Positions 1 to 12,845 are shown, counted from the whole stretch's first letter. The stretch is DNA of 63,276 nt, filler included, from Lenisia limosa (GCA_001655205.1; 20 parts of 20 records of this genome joined end to end with filler, not necessarily neighbours in it); one strand, 5' to 3'. The notes: generated from the sequence alone by a model not told the origin. Numbers and translations are program-made.

Positions 1-1640
1 CCGGATTTTCAGTCACCTCCTCGGGTCCTGTCGGCTTCTCCTTCGGCGGCCCAACTGAAGAGACAAAACTGTGGGGGGAGCACCTTCACACCTACTAGGA
101 CCAGACCAGAATACGACTTTCGAACTTGGGTTTTGAAATGTCAATCCAGACCAGTTGAAACGCTCAATATTGAACATGACGCCATACCACTCGATTATTC
201 ATGGGATTTTTGTATCAAATGGCAATGAGACATACAATATACAATATTCAATGTTATTATACCCGATCTTTATACCTACAGCCTTTATACCCCTACAGCC
301 TTTATTGGACATGAACAAATCCCTTCCATGACTTTGTAGCGCTGCCGGGCAGTGGAAATGTCTGTGCTGCGAGACGGTCAATAGTGACCCGGCCTGCTCA
401 GTCTGCATGGTGCCCAAGCCAGACCAGGCCTCCCAGGCCCAAACAAAGTGAGGGGATACGAGGGGAAAGGGTGACGTTGGCTAAAGTGTTGTGGAGGGGT
501 TTTTTTGGATTTGGCCCTTGTTTTTCCTGTTATGGTAAATCATCTAACGAAATTAAACACTGGCAAAAAAACTATCCCAATCAACCCCGCTTTCACGTCC
601 TCCAGCTCTGACGACTCATGGACATGCCCCTGTTGCGACACAGCGAACACCGAACAAACCTGTACTGTCTGCATGGTCAACAAGCCACAGGAACAGGACG
701 TTGAAGATGAACAGCAGGAGGATCAAGAGGAGGACAGGTTCCCAGTCTCAAGCGAACCGTGCACCACCCGTGAGTCTGGTTTGATATGTTGGGCTTCCAT
801 TGCATTGCAAAAAGCCTGGAACAACTCATAATCAGGGATTGCATTCATAGCCTAGAGAGTGTCTTTTTTATTAATTCCAGTCCTGGTGACGAATTTGGTT
901 TCAAAATTCCGATTTAAATTGTCTTCATAGTATCCCTTCAACTTGTGCCCATTTCACCTTATTTACCTACCATCTGTTCCCTCCCTATTCCACCTACATG
1001 TAAAAAAATCACCCATATAACCCCCACGCATTGCACCTTTCTAACCCGGTGCAGTGTTCAAGTTCCGCTCGGCGATGGACACGACGCTGTGTCCTCTTTG
1101 CTCGCTTTCTCCGCAGGAATGCTGCTGTGACAAGGTTGGTCGTCGCTGTGTTGAGAATACATTTTCAAATCACGCCAATTGGAAAACGTAATAATGTTCT
1201 CTCGTATTTTTCAATCATAGTATTCCCTATGTAAAAGATAACAAGTTAGTTGTCCTCCTATTTCAGTCTTTTTTGCGTTTGCAGTCACTATGATCCTAGT
1301 CCAATTAAGACTTAAAAACACAGACTTCTTTACTGACTTATTAGGACGTTGAGTCGAAGGAAAAGCCGAGCAAAACGACTTTCTCCTTTGCTGGTATGCT
1401 GGACATTCATTTCAGTTGCAACAATGACTATCCTACTATCATCAATGGTCAATAAGGAGTCTTTCAGCCCCCTTTATGGAATTGAGAATATACGCTAGTT
1501 ATCTGAAATTATAATAATTTCCCCGTTACTACGTATTGTCTCAGCAATAGTCTTCACCCCCCCCCCCAGGAGGAGAATTTTGTGACAGTTGCGGAGAGCC
1601 TTCCTCTGGATCCAAGTGCGCCGTGTGCGGTCACTCTTAG
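1..1640 (+). CDS. Multi-exon RanBP2-type zinc-finger protein with FxF motifs (nucleoporin-like), 5' partial
   Basis: Phase-compatible exons give GFSVTSSGPVGFSFGGPTEETK / WKCLCCETVNSDPACSVCMVPKP / WTCPCCDTANTEQTCTVCMVNKP / LCPLCSLSPQECCCDK / KPSKTTFSFA / FCDSCGEPSSGSKCAVCGHS-TAG (1638-1640). Confidence 0.7.
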
Positions 1641-2199
1641 CCCTTTTTTTTGGATGTATTGTATGCTGATGTCAACCCTCGTAATTGTGAAATAGCAAAC
1701 TGTCCAACCTAATGTTCAACTTCAATTATGCAAAGTGTTTGGTGTTTCCATCATCAGATGTACACCATTTTTGAGTTTGGAGACGTGTATCTAGCCTTTA
1801 CCGCAACCAAATAACAAAGAGTAAGTCGGAGCTCAACTAACAAAATCAGAATACTCAAAACAGAATGTCCCATGATAAATGTAGTCTTAACGAGGAGATT
1901 AAACACGATGTATCCATAACATAATATACAACATAGTTTTTTTTTTTTATTGATAAATAATCACTCCCAAAACAAATGCCAAATGTGAATTTTCAGTGTT
2001 TGGATTAGGAATCCAAAATCCCGTTACATCAGCCTGGATCTAGTCCAGGTAAAGTTAAAGCTGTGGTGAAATGGGAAATGACACAATGCACATCAAGGAA
2101 ATTCGGATGCGGGTCTGATATCCACAATAATAAGGAATATTGAAAACTCACAATTATTTCTTACTATATGATCATGAATATATTTAAAGAAGAAAAGGG

Positions 2200-3090
2200 A
2201 TTAATAATCATTGAGACCCTCAAATCTCAACTGGATCAACATAACATAAATATTATTATGAAAATAACTCATTTATATCACATTTTCTATTTTCTCAAGG
2301 AGTGTCCCAGACTCACTTCAAGTTTGGTAGACGTGTATGTCTTGGAGGGTCAGTAACAAAATTTGTCACTTTGCAATTTGAGATTACCTCTGTACTGAGG
2401 TTGAAAGATACTTTGTACACTATCATAAATTCTATATTCTATAGCTTATTGTATTTACTTCTCATCAATTAGCAGCATAATGGTCTTTTTCATTGGTCTG
2501 AAGGAAGTCCTCTAAAATCAAAAGTAATGAATAATTCGTTATAAAGTGAACGTGAAGCTTACTTCAAGGACGTTATTCCTTATGATTGCTGCGCCGTCAA
2601 ATACTAAACCGTCTTGGTCGAAGTCATTTGGGTCATCTTGCGACGGTCAGATGGAACAATAGCATATAATTTGATTACAGGTTCTTCTCCAGACATTAAT
2701 AAACTCAGCTCCCTCCCCTCCATTGCTTTAGGTGTATTTTTGATAAAAGAGTAACTCCCTCACAGTATGTTCTGCCTTGAATCTGTTGCCAGCTTCTACT
2801 TCCGATACTAGTTGTTGCTCTTTCTGAAGTGTGTAGATGATTAGAGAAGTGAAAGACTGGTGTTTTATTTCATTCAAATATGGTCATTATTTAAACCAAG
2901 CTTACAGTATTACCTTGGATTTCAAGACCGTCATTTTTTTTGTCTTGAAAGGGGGAAGCAAATCTGTAAAAGATCATGTTGAATCTGTTTTATGGTCGCC
3001 TGCATTGGGGGGTGCATTCTCAAGATGAGGACTTTGGTTTTCGTTGTTCGTCTTAGGTGGGCTCGATGGACGTGATGGGCGTGAGCTTTT
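2200..3090 (-). CDS. Possible hypothetical multi-exon gene
   Basis: Several short open segments bounded by AG/GT (e.g. DPNDFDQDGLVFDGAAIIRNNVLE). I could not join them in a single consistent phase, and no family is recognisable. Confidence 0.25.
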
Positions 3091-3424
3091 GTGGCTTATT
3101 TATTCAAGGGTTGAACAACTCCATCATCTATTATCTTATATATAATCCTATTACTATCAGCACACAAATTGTACAAAGACAACCGTGGGTTTGGGTGTGA
3201 CGTTTGACAGACAAACGGCGTGACGTAAATGCTTGCATGATCCCTGCTCGGTAATGACGTCATGACGTCAATAATTGCAAGTTTGTTTTGACTGCAATTG
3301 CTTTGATACATTGATGCGACATGCTTGTGTGGTAAGGTGCTATTTTACTCTCAATTTGTAACAGCCCAAAAAAATAGATATAAATTGAAAAGTCACCAAA
3401 CAGACAGAAGGACATTTAAATAAG

Positions 3425-5779
3425 CTACTCCGCCATCCACGCGTATTCCAACAGGTCTGACGAGCTTGGTCGAAGTTTTGTGTCTCTGGGGGGGGGGGGG
3501 TTANNNNNNNNNNNNNNNNNNNNNNNNNNNNNNNNNNNNNNNNNNNNNNNNNNNNNNNNNNNNNNNNNNNCCCCTAGATGCTGATTTAAAGCAGATGCAT
3601 ATTGTATCCCACCTGATGAAACAGGCCTGGAAGAATTCAACGAGATCTGGGTCGGCATGGAGGGATTCGGGGAGGGTTGGGGGAGGGGTCTCGGGATTGG
3701 CAATTGTGAGGAGGAGAGTGACTGTGTCCAAGTCCGACCTTAGGAAAGAGTGACAAATAGGGCTTCACTTCGGTTCGAAAAAAGACTGAATTTCTCGATA
3801 AATCATTTTTTCGAACCGAAGTGACAATGCTTCGTGATATGATGACAATCCCANNNNNNNNNNNNNNNNNNNNNNNNNNNNNNNNNNNNNNNNNNNNNNN
3901 NNNNNNNNNNNNNNNNNNNNNNNNNNNNNNNNNNNNNNNNNNNNNNNNNNNNNNNNNNNNNNNNNNNNNNNNNNNNNNNNNNNNNNNNNNNNNNNNNNNN
4001 NNNNNNNNNNNNNNNNNNNNNNNNNGCTGACTATAAACGGTATAATAGACGACAGCAAACATGGGAGGTATAATAGACGACAGCAAACATGGGAGGGTGG
4101 AGGATGGGGTCAATAAAGCAATCCCCCCACCAATTGGTTAACCACTTCCTGGGCCATGAAGGCGGGCGAACCAGCAAACGTGTTGGCACCTGGATAGTTA
4201 AATGACTTCTTCTGTAATGGCAGTTTACGGGGTCAAACAATTGCGGCCCTTCCCATCAAGCAAACGCTGCACATAACATGCTATCCGACTCACCTTTCGT
4301 CAAGGTTGCCATTTGGTTGAGGTGTTTGGATGTGCCGAAATCGGCCAGTTTCACGTTGCCTTCAGCGTCCACCAGAACATTGGCTCCTTTCACGTCTGTG
4401 GAGCGTGTAAAGACGTAATCAACACAATAATACGCAAATACAATTAACATTGGATAAACTCATAAATTATTGGATACCGTATTTAATTTTTTTTTATTGG
4501 GATATGTGATACAACTTTTCTGTAATACGTTGAAATGAGAAAAAACGTATATCATACAGTCATACCTCTGTGGATAACACCCTGTTTGTGAAGGTACTGA
4601 AGTCCCTTGAGGATTTGCCTGGTAAAGTTACGGGCGACGTCTTGGCTGAGGGGACCGATTTCGTTGATAAGGGACTCTACTGATCCGCCTGTAGGGGAGG
4701 GGGGGAGGGCGTTATAATGGAACGAAGAAAATGACTACGTTTCAGGCGGGTCAACATTCATCAAATCCCATAGCTGTTAGAAAGTCCTAAAAATATTCAA
4801 CTGTATTAAGAAAATTGTCTGTTTTAAGAAGCAAACTGACCACCCAATATACCTGGCACGTACTCGAGGAAGAGGCTGAAGGTGTCATTGGTGACCTCGC
4901 ACCCAAGATACTGCACAACGTTGGTGTGTGTAATGCGACTGAGAATAGCCACTTCCAACTCCAGGCTTGAGGCGGCTGCTGACACGTCTGCTCCTCCTCC
5001 ACCTGAACAGTAAATGCATGATCTAATATTTATGTATGTATGTGCATGGGTTTATTTTTGTACGCTATCAAATCCTTGATAATATCCACATTTCGCCGGT
5101 CTTTTACAACCATACACATAACTTATGATTCAAGCAAATGAATGTTTCAAATGCAACCTACCAAGATAGCACTCCTTTACTGCGAGGAGGCGGCCAGTTG
5201 ACAAGTTGATGGCCATAAAGACCTGGGGGGGGGGGGTAAGCTCCGAANNNNNNNNNNNNNNNNNNNNNNNNNNNNNNNNNNNNNNNNNNNNNNNNNNNNN
5301 NNNNNNNNNNNNNNNNNNNNNNNNNNNNNNTTGAGGACAGGTTTAACGATTTCATCGGCAATGACTCAAGTCATAAACTTTAATATGGAATGACGAACGC
5401 CAACAAACCTGTCCAAAAGATCCTGAACCGAGACACCTGCCCTTCTTCCAAGGGAACGGGGCCTTTCGCTGAGTAATGTAAGAGGGTTTTGCAGTTAAGT
5501 TCTAATATCAAAACTGGGAAGCTTCGGCCAATGAGATATCGATGTAAATTGACATATTTGAAAAGAGAGCTTCTTTCATATCAGGTTCTAACAACCACTG
5601 TATTCTCAAAAAAAAATAAAAAAAAAATTACAAAAATCCAAATAAATGTCGATGCTTTGGACAGCCCATGTAAAGCTCCAAACACACAACCAACCTGGAT
5701 GCATCCACCCTCCGAGGTGCTGCCTTGCTGCTGCTGACCTGACGGCACCACCTGACTGTTCGTACGCTGGCTGGTCACT
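3425..5779 (-). CDS. STE11/MEKK-like MAP kinase kinase kinase, 5' partial
   Basis: Spliced kinase subdomains: WKKGRCLGSGSFGQ / VFMAINLSTGRLLAVKE / HTNVVQYLG..LFLEYVPG / GGSVESLI..GLQYLHKQGVIHR / DVKGANVLVDAEGNVKLADFGTSK / FAGSPAFMAQEV / RPSSSDLLEYAWMAE-TAG. Confidence 0.92.
3758..3824. mobile_element. MITE-A, internally deleted
   Basis: TAgggcttcacttcggttcgaaaaaagac..ttttcgaaccgaagtga in a MAP3K intron. Confidence 0.8.
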
Positions 5780-5811
5780 CTGAGGGAGGGGGGGGGGGGT
5801 AAAATTGGAAA

Positions 5812-5911
5812 NNNNNNNNNNNNNNNNNNNNNNNNNNNNNNNNNNNNNNNNNNNNTTAATTAATTAANNNNNNNNNNNNNNNNNNNNNNNNNNNNNNNNN
5901 NNNNNNNNNNN
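5812..5911. other. Artificial scaffold linker (44 N + TTAATTAATTAA + 44 N), first of 19
   Basis: The same 12-mer, with stops in all six frames, is flanked by 44 N each side. It starts at 5856, 7972, 11878, 12994, 14717, 17262, 20554, 25894, 30792, 44942, 46840, 48803, 50395, 51709, 52968, 57104, 58302, 59458 and 61634. Adjacency across linkers is not biological. Confidence 0.97.
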
Positions 5912-7927
5912 CGAAGATGGCTTTTGCTGTAACATTGGATGCTTCATATTCTTGTGTTGAACAGAGGATTGAAGCTCCAAGAACTTTCTTGAGAGTACTT
6001 GGTGAATCATTGCTTAAAAGAGTCGCCATGGAGGCCATACCTTCCAAAAATGGTTTCCAGCTCCAATATCGTTCTGAACTCGCTCTTTGGCGGACTGCAC
6101 CAGTGCGAATTGGAACTGTGTTGAACCGTAGGGCTGGTTCTCATTCAGCTTTATGCAACAAATTGACAATCATTCGATTTCAAACAATAGCACACCTCAG
6201 CTGAAATATGGATCCGAGCTCCGTCCATAAGAACAAAACCAATGTGGTCTGGACTGCGGTTAAACTTCTTTGAGATAAACTCCAGAAACTTCAAAACACT
6301 CATTGTGGAAAAATACTACGAGCCGTTGCATCCTATGAGTCGGCAAGAGTTTAATTTGGCAACTCTAACAGCTTCGGAAGAGGGTTCGTAGATTTGAGGG
6401 GCAATGGATTCTGAATTTTCCTTGAAATATTTGGCAACTTTGTCAGAAAACGGGTCTCCACAAGACATAATGGACACATCAATAGGGTCAACAATTGGGG
6501 CCTCACGCCCTTCCACATCTTTCATGATGGATTTCCCACCAAGAATGATGGTCGCAGAAACATAGTCACCAGCTGCGGTTGTACATGATATGGCAGATCC
6601 CATCGGTTCGCCTTTCAGGGTTCTTAAAAACCTAGGACCAAAAGCGGTTTCATCTGCAAAATAGATATCTGCCGGGTCCATTTCGTATTCAGGGGTACTC
6701 TGCTTAGAGGCGTCAAACAATTCTTGAATAATTCGTCCGATGTCGATGGCATTCTGACCGCTTAATGCTCTTGTTTTCAAGATCTAGACAATCAGAAACT
6801 CTCCGACTAAATATGTATAATATCGAAATAGTAGATATAAATATGATAGACATATTAATTTGTCAAATAATTGAAGTATGGTTTGTATTAGTACACAATG
6901 GTAGATGTTTTTTATATACCGGGTGTGATACAATACCATCATACAAAACAGAACACTAACCTTTTCTAACTCTTTTGACAGCAATTTGACAGACTCTCCA
7001 AGAGAATCCTGAGCTTTTTCCAATAATGTTGCTCATTGATGTGTTGTACTCCAAAGCTGAATGGTTAATAATGAAATTGAGATGTTTGATGTTTTGTTGT
7101 GTTGTACAAATGAATACAAAACAGGTTCGATTTTACTCACCTTCATCAAATCTGTCAATCTGAAAGAATCTAGCAGCATTCAAAAGATGAGCAATTTGGG
7201 CATTTTTTGCCATTGTCATTCCGTAAGCTNNNNNNNNNNAACTTTCTTGAGAGTACTTGGTGAATCATTGCTTAAAAGAGTCGCCATGGAGGCCATAACT
7301 TCCAAAAAAATGGTTTCCAGCTCCAATATCGTTCTGAACTCGCTCTTTGGCGGACTACACCAATGCGAATTGGAACTGTGTTGAACCGTAGGGCTGCTTC
7401 TCATTCAGCTTTGTGCGGAATTTGGCAACTTCTTTTATCTCAGGTTTGGGTTTGAACTGGGGGAACGGATCAATGCGGAGTGGGGTCATGAAGGCGGTAC
7501 CATGTGGGATTTCGAGGTTGATCTTGGAATAAAGGCTATTAAGGAAGGGAGGTGTGACAGCATTCTCACGGTATGGCAGACCAGGGTCATAAATTGAGCG
7601 GTCAATCAAGAAAGGGTTGTGACTCGAAACCACAAGCCTGCCTTATCTGATTTGGCAGCACCAACAGCTGTTGCTATCTCAGCAACAATGTTATGTCCTG
7701 CATTTACTCCTTGAGATTGACGGACGCTGCATTCAGGCTAAAATAGGATGAGAATTAACTTTCACTTTAATAATAATATTTATTTTCTACATATTTAGAA
7801 TATAATTCAGCTCTCAAAGTATTCAATCTTGAAGGTTTAGTTTATTGATATCAAAACTAACCTGGGTATGTGAGCATCTTGGAGCATCCATATCATTTCT
7901 TTCAGTATTGAATAGTTTCTTAATTTT
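5912..7927 (-). pseudogene. Degenerate or rearranged pogo/Tc1-mariner-like DDE transposase fragments
   Basis: ORF 6316-6780 contains DIYFADETAF. After an in-frame TAG it continues ..GFVLMDGARIHISAE then GT. It aligns motif-by-motif with 57160-58257. A ~170-nt direct repeat lies at about 5985-6155 and 7241-7411. Confidence 0.7.
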
Positions 7928-8107
7928 NNNNNNNNNNNNNNNNNNNNNNNNNNNNNNNNNNNNNNNNNNNNTTAATTAATTAANNNNNNNNNNNNNNNNN
8001 NNNNNNNNNNNNNNNNNNNNNNNNNNNGGAGGAGGGAGGAGGTATATCGCAACAGTTTTGGGCTCTTTTTTTTTTTGCTTCATAAATTGTCCAATTTCAC
8101 CCCGCAG

Positions 8108-11100
8108 GCACTTTCCCTTTCGTCTAAAAAAGACCGGGTGTTTGACAGCGAATTCTCACAAATTCCGCTGGTCATCGAGGGCAAGGCTGTTTCCTCCTCC
8201 CTCTGGATCTTCAATGACATTATTCTCTTCGGTATTTGGGCTTTCGTTGTGTTTATATTCATTATTTGGGTTTCAATTGCTCTTTGGAAATTTAAGCTTT
8301 TAATTATTCCCGGGCTCCTTGCAATTAATTGCCATAATTGGCTTTTTTTTGAAGCAGTTACACAGAACCCTAATTATCTTATTCGTTTGCGTCTTCAAGT
8401 ATATTAATCACTTTTCATACTTGAATCTTCTTCTCTTTGTGTATGTTGGTCTTTTTATTGTTTTTTTTTCCTCTTTTGTATCATCAACGACATCATTCTT
8501 TCCTCTCTTACCNNNNNNNNNNNNNNNNNNNNNNNNNNNNNNNNNNNNNNNNNNNNNNNNNNNNNNNNNNNNNNNNNNNNNNNNNNNNNNNNNNNNNNNN
8601 NNNNNNNNNNNNNNNNNNNNNNNATTTACACCCCACCTTTACACCAATATTCTCCATCAAAACCTCTTTCACTTTACTCATACTCCCCTCCTCAGCTACC
8701 CCACACAAAAACATAAGAAAATGTGTCCCACTCCTCTGTTATTATTTTCCACCCTCTCTTTCATAGAAATTTCATAGCGATATTCAACTGGCCTTTGTTT
8801 TGTTGTTTTCAACCCTCGTGTGTTGTTAGCAACAAAGTTGATTTTGGGCTCTTTTTGTTTCAAAAATTTTCCGGTTTTACTCCCCCCCCAGCCATCCCGA
8901 ACAAGAGACATCAGAAAATGTACCCCCTCACACTAGTTGCTGCTATTCAGCCGAAAAGAGCCATGTATCGAACGTCTACTGCCCAGTGTGATGTAGGCAA
9001 TACTCCTGTTATTTTCAGCTTTATTATTACCTTTTATTAAGCAAACGACTTGAGAATTAGCCTTTCTTGTAGTAGTTGGGAATTACCTTACTTGTAATTA
9101 AGAATCACCTTTTTCTTCTCATTATTCAAGGGAGTGGAAGAGAAGGTTTTGCACCTCGAAGACACCTACGACAACAGCCAGGTCACCATCGCAATTCGAA
9201 GTGAAGTTGCTGTTGGGGGNNNNNNNNNNNNNNNNNNNNNNNNNNNNNNNNNNNNNNNNNNNNNNNNNNNNNNNNNNNNNNNNNNNNNNNNNNNNNNNNN
9301 NNNNNNNNNNNNTAATACTTATCGGATTTTTAACTTGGGCTCCCTGCAATTTATCGGAAAATTAATTTGAAATTTTTGAAGTTGGACATATTTTCATTAT
9401 CAGTTTTTTTGGAATAAAATCAAGATAAACAAATATATTATCTTGTAAACACGGTGTCATCTCACACTCCAGTTCTTGGAGGAGAAGCTAACAAAGCTGG
9501 TGAAGAAGGCCATGCGAACTTCTGCTTCAAGTATGGTTAATCAAACATATTTTATATAATATACAGTGACCTGTCCTATTAGCTAATGTGATTTTCCATT
9601 TTGTTGTCAAGTCAGCCAACAGAATTGATTTAGGCCTTTTTTTTTGTCAACCCTCGTATGTCAGCCAACAGAGTTGATTTGGGTTTTTTTGTTTCGTAAA
9701 TTTTCCAATTTCACCCCCCCCCNNNNNNNNNNNNNNNNNNNNNNNNNNNNNNNNNNNNNNNNNNNNNNNNNNNNNNNNNNNNNNNNNNNNNNNNNNNNNN
9801 NNNNNNNNNNNNNNNNNNNNNNNNNNNNNNNNNNNNNNNNNNNNNNNNNNNNNNNNNNNNNNNNNAAGAAAAGCATTGAACATGACAAGAGAAAGTCGCA
9901 GATCTTCAGCAAACGGAAGCGAACGACTGTTATTGCAGACTCCAAGCCAACCACTACTTCCGTGCCGGCGTGGGTGTGGGTCATCTCATTTCGGTTTTAC
10001 AAGTGAATATTACGCGGGTTTGGGTTTTTGAGAGAAAAAGATAAAGGCGCATCTAAAAATGGAGCAAAATGGTTATAGGGTTACCATAAAGAGTAAAGTC
10101 TCTGTTGAAACTAGGATCATATTTATACGGTCTTTTTGGGACCGTAGGTCGAAGTATTCCGAGGGCTTCGCTACGGTCCGAAAACGACCGGTAAATTCCG
10201 ATACGTCTCAAGGATTAATTTGGAAATTCACTTTTCCTGGGGGGAGGAAGGGGGGGGGGNNNNNNNNNNNNNNNNNNNNNNNNNNNNNNNNNNNNNNNNN
10301 NNNNNNNNNNNNNNNNNNNNNNNNNNNNNNNNNNNNNNNNNNNNNNNNNNAAAACCGTTTACTCCTGGTGTTCACGCTACCCCTGGAGGAGACAACGTTG
10401 CTGTGGCCGTCAGTCCAAGTGTCAAGGCAAAGTGTTCGAAAAATGGTAGGGTGCAATAGGTAATACAGCGAAAGTACAAGATAAGGGTTGGTGGAATAGT
10501 CTAGTAAATCATACAGCTGTTGACTTCAAGGATCATATAATTCAATATTTAAAAAACGGCTCTTTTTTGGAAAAATAAATAATCAGATATTAAATATTGC
10601 GTGAAATTATATTATTGATTTTATTCCCGGAAAAACTGTTTTCTCACCTTCTTCAGTGATAAATGCCCAGACTGCTACCAATGTGAGAGGATAGAACCTC
10701 TTTTGCTAATTTAATAGTTCCCATTTATAATATTCATCCCTCTCTTTTTTCATAAATTTAATCCCACCCACCCCCCTCGCATATTGTTTTTGTTTTTTGT
10801 TTTTATGTTTTTGTCATCTCCTGTTTTGCTACTTATNNNNNNNNNNNNNNNNNNNNNNNNNNNNNNNNNNNNNNNNNNNNNNNNNNNNNNNNNNNNNNNN
10901 NNNNNNNNNNNNNNNNNNNNNNNNNNNNNNTGGGTAACAAATTAACAAATAATTACATGGGGATACCATAAAATATTAGTATCGCTTTTTCTTTTGTTTA
11001 TCATCCCCCGCCCCCCGATGCTTGATTTGAACTCTCTTTTTTTTTCATAAGTTTTCCATTTTACCCTCCCAGGACCTTGAGGTTGTGAGCATCAAAAGCC

Positions 11101-11132
11101 CCTCGTCCAAGGCAGCATCGCGACGGTTTTAG
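8108..11132 (+). CDS. PH-domain protein (RhoGEF-type PH and C-terminus), 5' partial
   Basis: Exons ALSLSSKKDRVFDSEFSQIPLVIEGKAVSSSLWIFNDIILFG (resembles the LFLFND motif of DH-associated PH domains), IPNKRHQKMYPLTLVAAI, FLEEKLTKLVKKAMR, and last exon DLEVVSIKSPSSKAASRRF-TAG. Confidence 0.55.
8788..8891 (+). mobile_element. IE-1 intron-3'-end repeat, sense, ends at acceptor AG
   Basis: ctggcctttgttttgttgttttcaaccctcgtgtgttgttagcaacaaagttgattttgggctc..ttttactcccccccccAG followed by exon. Confidence 0.85.
9601..9722 (+). mobile_element. IE-1, two stacked copies
   Basis: tcagccaacagaattgatttaggc then tcaaccctcgtatgtcagccaacagagttgatttggg..aattttccaatttcaccccccc. Confidence 0.8.
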
Positions 11133-11244
11133 TTATTTATTATTCGTCTGTATTGTTTTGTTTTTAAAAATATAATCCATATTTTTGTTGAACTCTTAAC
11201 ATGAGATGAGGTGCAGCAACCTGGGTTCTGTTCCCAAAATCAAT

Positions 11245-11305
11245 CTGAAGGCTGACAAAACACAAGACTTGTTGTTATCAAGTCTTGTGTTTTGTCAGCC
11301 TTCAG
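11245..11305. repeat. Perfect inverted repeat: 27-bp stem, 7-nt loop
   Basis: ctgaaggctgacaaaacacaagacttg-ttgttat-caagtcttgtgttttgtcagccttcag. Confidence 0.95.
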
Positions 11306-12748
11306 TCAATTTACCTCCACGCTGGAAATACCTCTTGCTGTGTTTGAGTAATTAATTCAACAAGCCCTGTGAATGGTTGAACTGAACTCCCTCGAGAAAA
11401 TATGACATCTCCCCCAATTGAGCCACTGTTTAATCTTCATCTGAAATGCATTAAATACCATAGAACCTAGCAAAATGATACCATAAAAACCCAAACATTT
11501 CCACCTATTCAGCCGCTTTTTCTTGTTTCTTTCTCATAACGACAGCCTTAACTGCATCAGCACGATACACCGAATCCACGGCTACAGGATAGGCCTCCTT
11601 ATAGATTTTCTGGGGTCATTAAGCTAAAAAAAAACAATAATTATACAATTATTACTCTTGTTCAAACAATAAATGAAGAGACAATTAACAATAACAATAA
11701 GAATGAAGAATGTATATATCGCGGGAAATGAAACAAGGTTGTATCTGGCCGAAGACGCCCACCCCATCACGGTTATAAGTGGATATAAGTCGAATATTAA
11801 ATCAATTTCTTTTATAATATTTAAAGTAAGATANNNNNNNNNNNNNNNNNNNNNNNNNNNNNNNNNNNNNNNNNNNNTTAATTAATTAANNNNNNNNNNN
11901 NNNNNNNNNNNNNNNNNNNNNNNNNNNNNNNNNGGCTTGTCTAAATATGAGGTGCCCTTGTTTGTGAACTCGGAGATGACCCCTTTATTTTTCTAAAAAT
12001 ACAACTTTAAGCTTCTGTTTTTTTTTTCGGGTTCAAAAAAAAGTGGACCTCAGATTTGGTTGAGCCATATTTTTGAGAGAGGTATTATTTCATTTTATCT
12101 ACTCTCTTATTATTGCTCCAAACAAATAAAACAGTTAGTATGGTTTGATCTGAACTGATAAAATATCGATAGTTTTAAAGAAATTCAATGTTTTTCGAAC
12201 CGAAGTGAAGCCTTACTGTAAGGCAAACATGCTTCGGTCAGATACAACCTTGTTTGAATTCTCATCTCTTCATTTGTGGGTGTATGTCATATGAGTAGCG
12301 TGAGTGGATAATATGGGAGTAGGTAAATCTGGAGAGGTTTGTATGAGAGCTCTACTTTCGGTTCCAAAAGACTAGAAAACTATCGATATTTATCGAGGAT
12401 TTATCGAGAATTCAGTCTTTTTTGGAACCGAAAGTGAAGCTTTTGTTTGTATGGGGGAGGTATTACAGGGGGTAATAATATCATATGGGAAAAACAATAG
12501 ATATTTATTCACTTTCCTCTGACTATATCTTGACCTTTCCCAGGAGGAGAGGCGATGTTTCGAACATGTTACGCTGAGGGATGCAGTTCCAGTGAGGCTT
12601 ACAGTGTAAGTGACAAAATATTGTACCAATAATGGTGGAAGTAGAATCATTTTGTGGCAGTTCTCAAGCACAGATCATGCCAAATTAAAGAAACAGAAAC
12701 ATCACCTCACTTACTCAACCTAGCAATATCATAATTATCTTACTCAAT

Positions 12749-12845
12749 TAGGGCTTCCCTACGTCCCAAAAAGACCGGTTAATATCGATGTTTATCGAGG
12801 ATTTATCGAGAAATCCGTCGTTTTTGGGATCGTAGGGAAGCCCTA
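12749..12845. mobile_element. MITE-A subfamily 2, full length
   Basis: TAgggcttccctacgtcccaaaaagac..gtttttgggatcgtagggaagcccTA. Confidence 0.88.

Noticed and set aside
3255-3270. Tandem TGACGTCA (CRE-like) 16-bp palindrome
   Set aside because: Single short motif next to a poorly supported gene; not enough to call regulatory.
3488-3502. Poly-G/poly-C runs as G-quadruplex regulatory elements
   Set aside because: True lengths are unknown because the assembly breaks at them. They are better explained as splice-site-adjacent element ends (reported above).
6316-6780. Fanzor/TnpB or another RNA-guided nuclease
   Set aside because: Motifs fit pogo-type DDD transposase (FADETAF, MDGARIH). No RuvC D-E-D with zinc-finger pattern seen.
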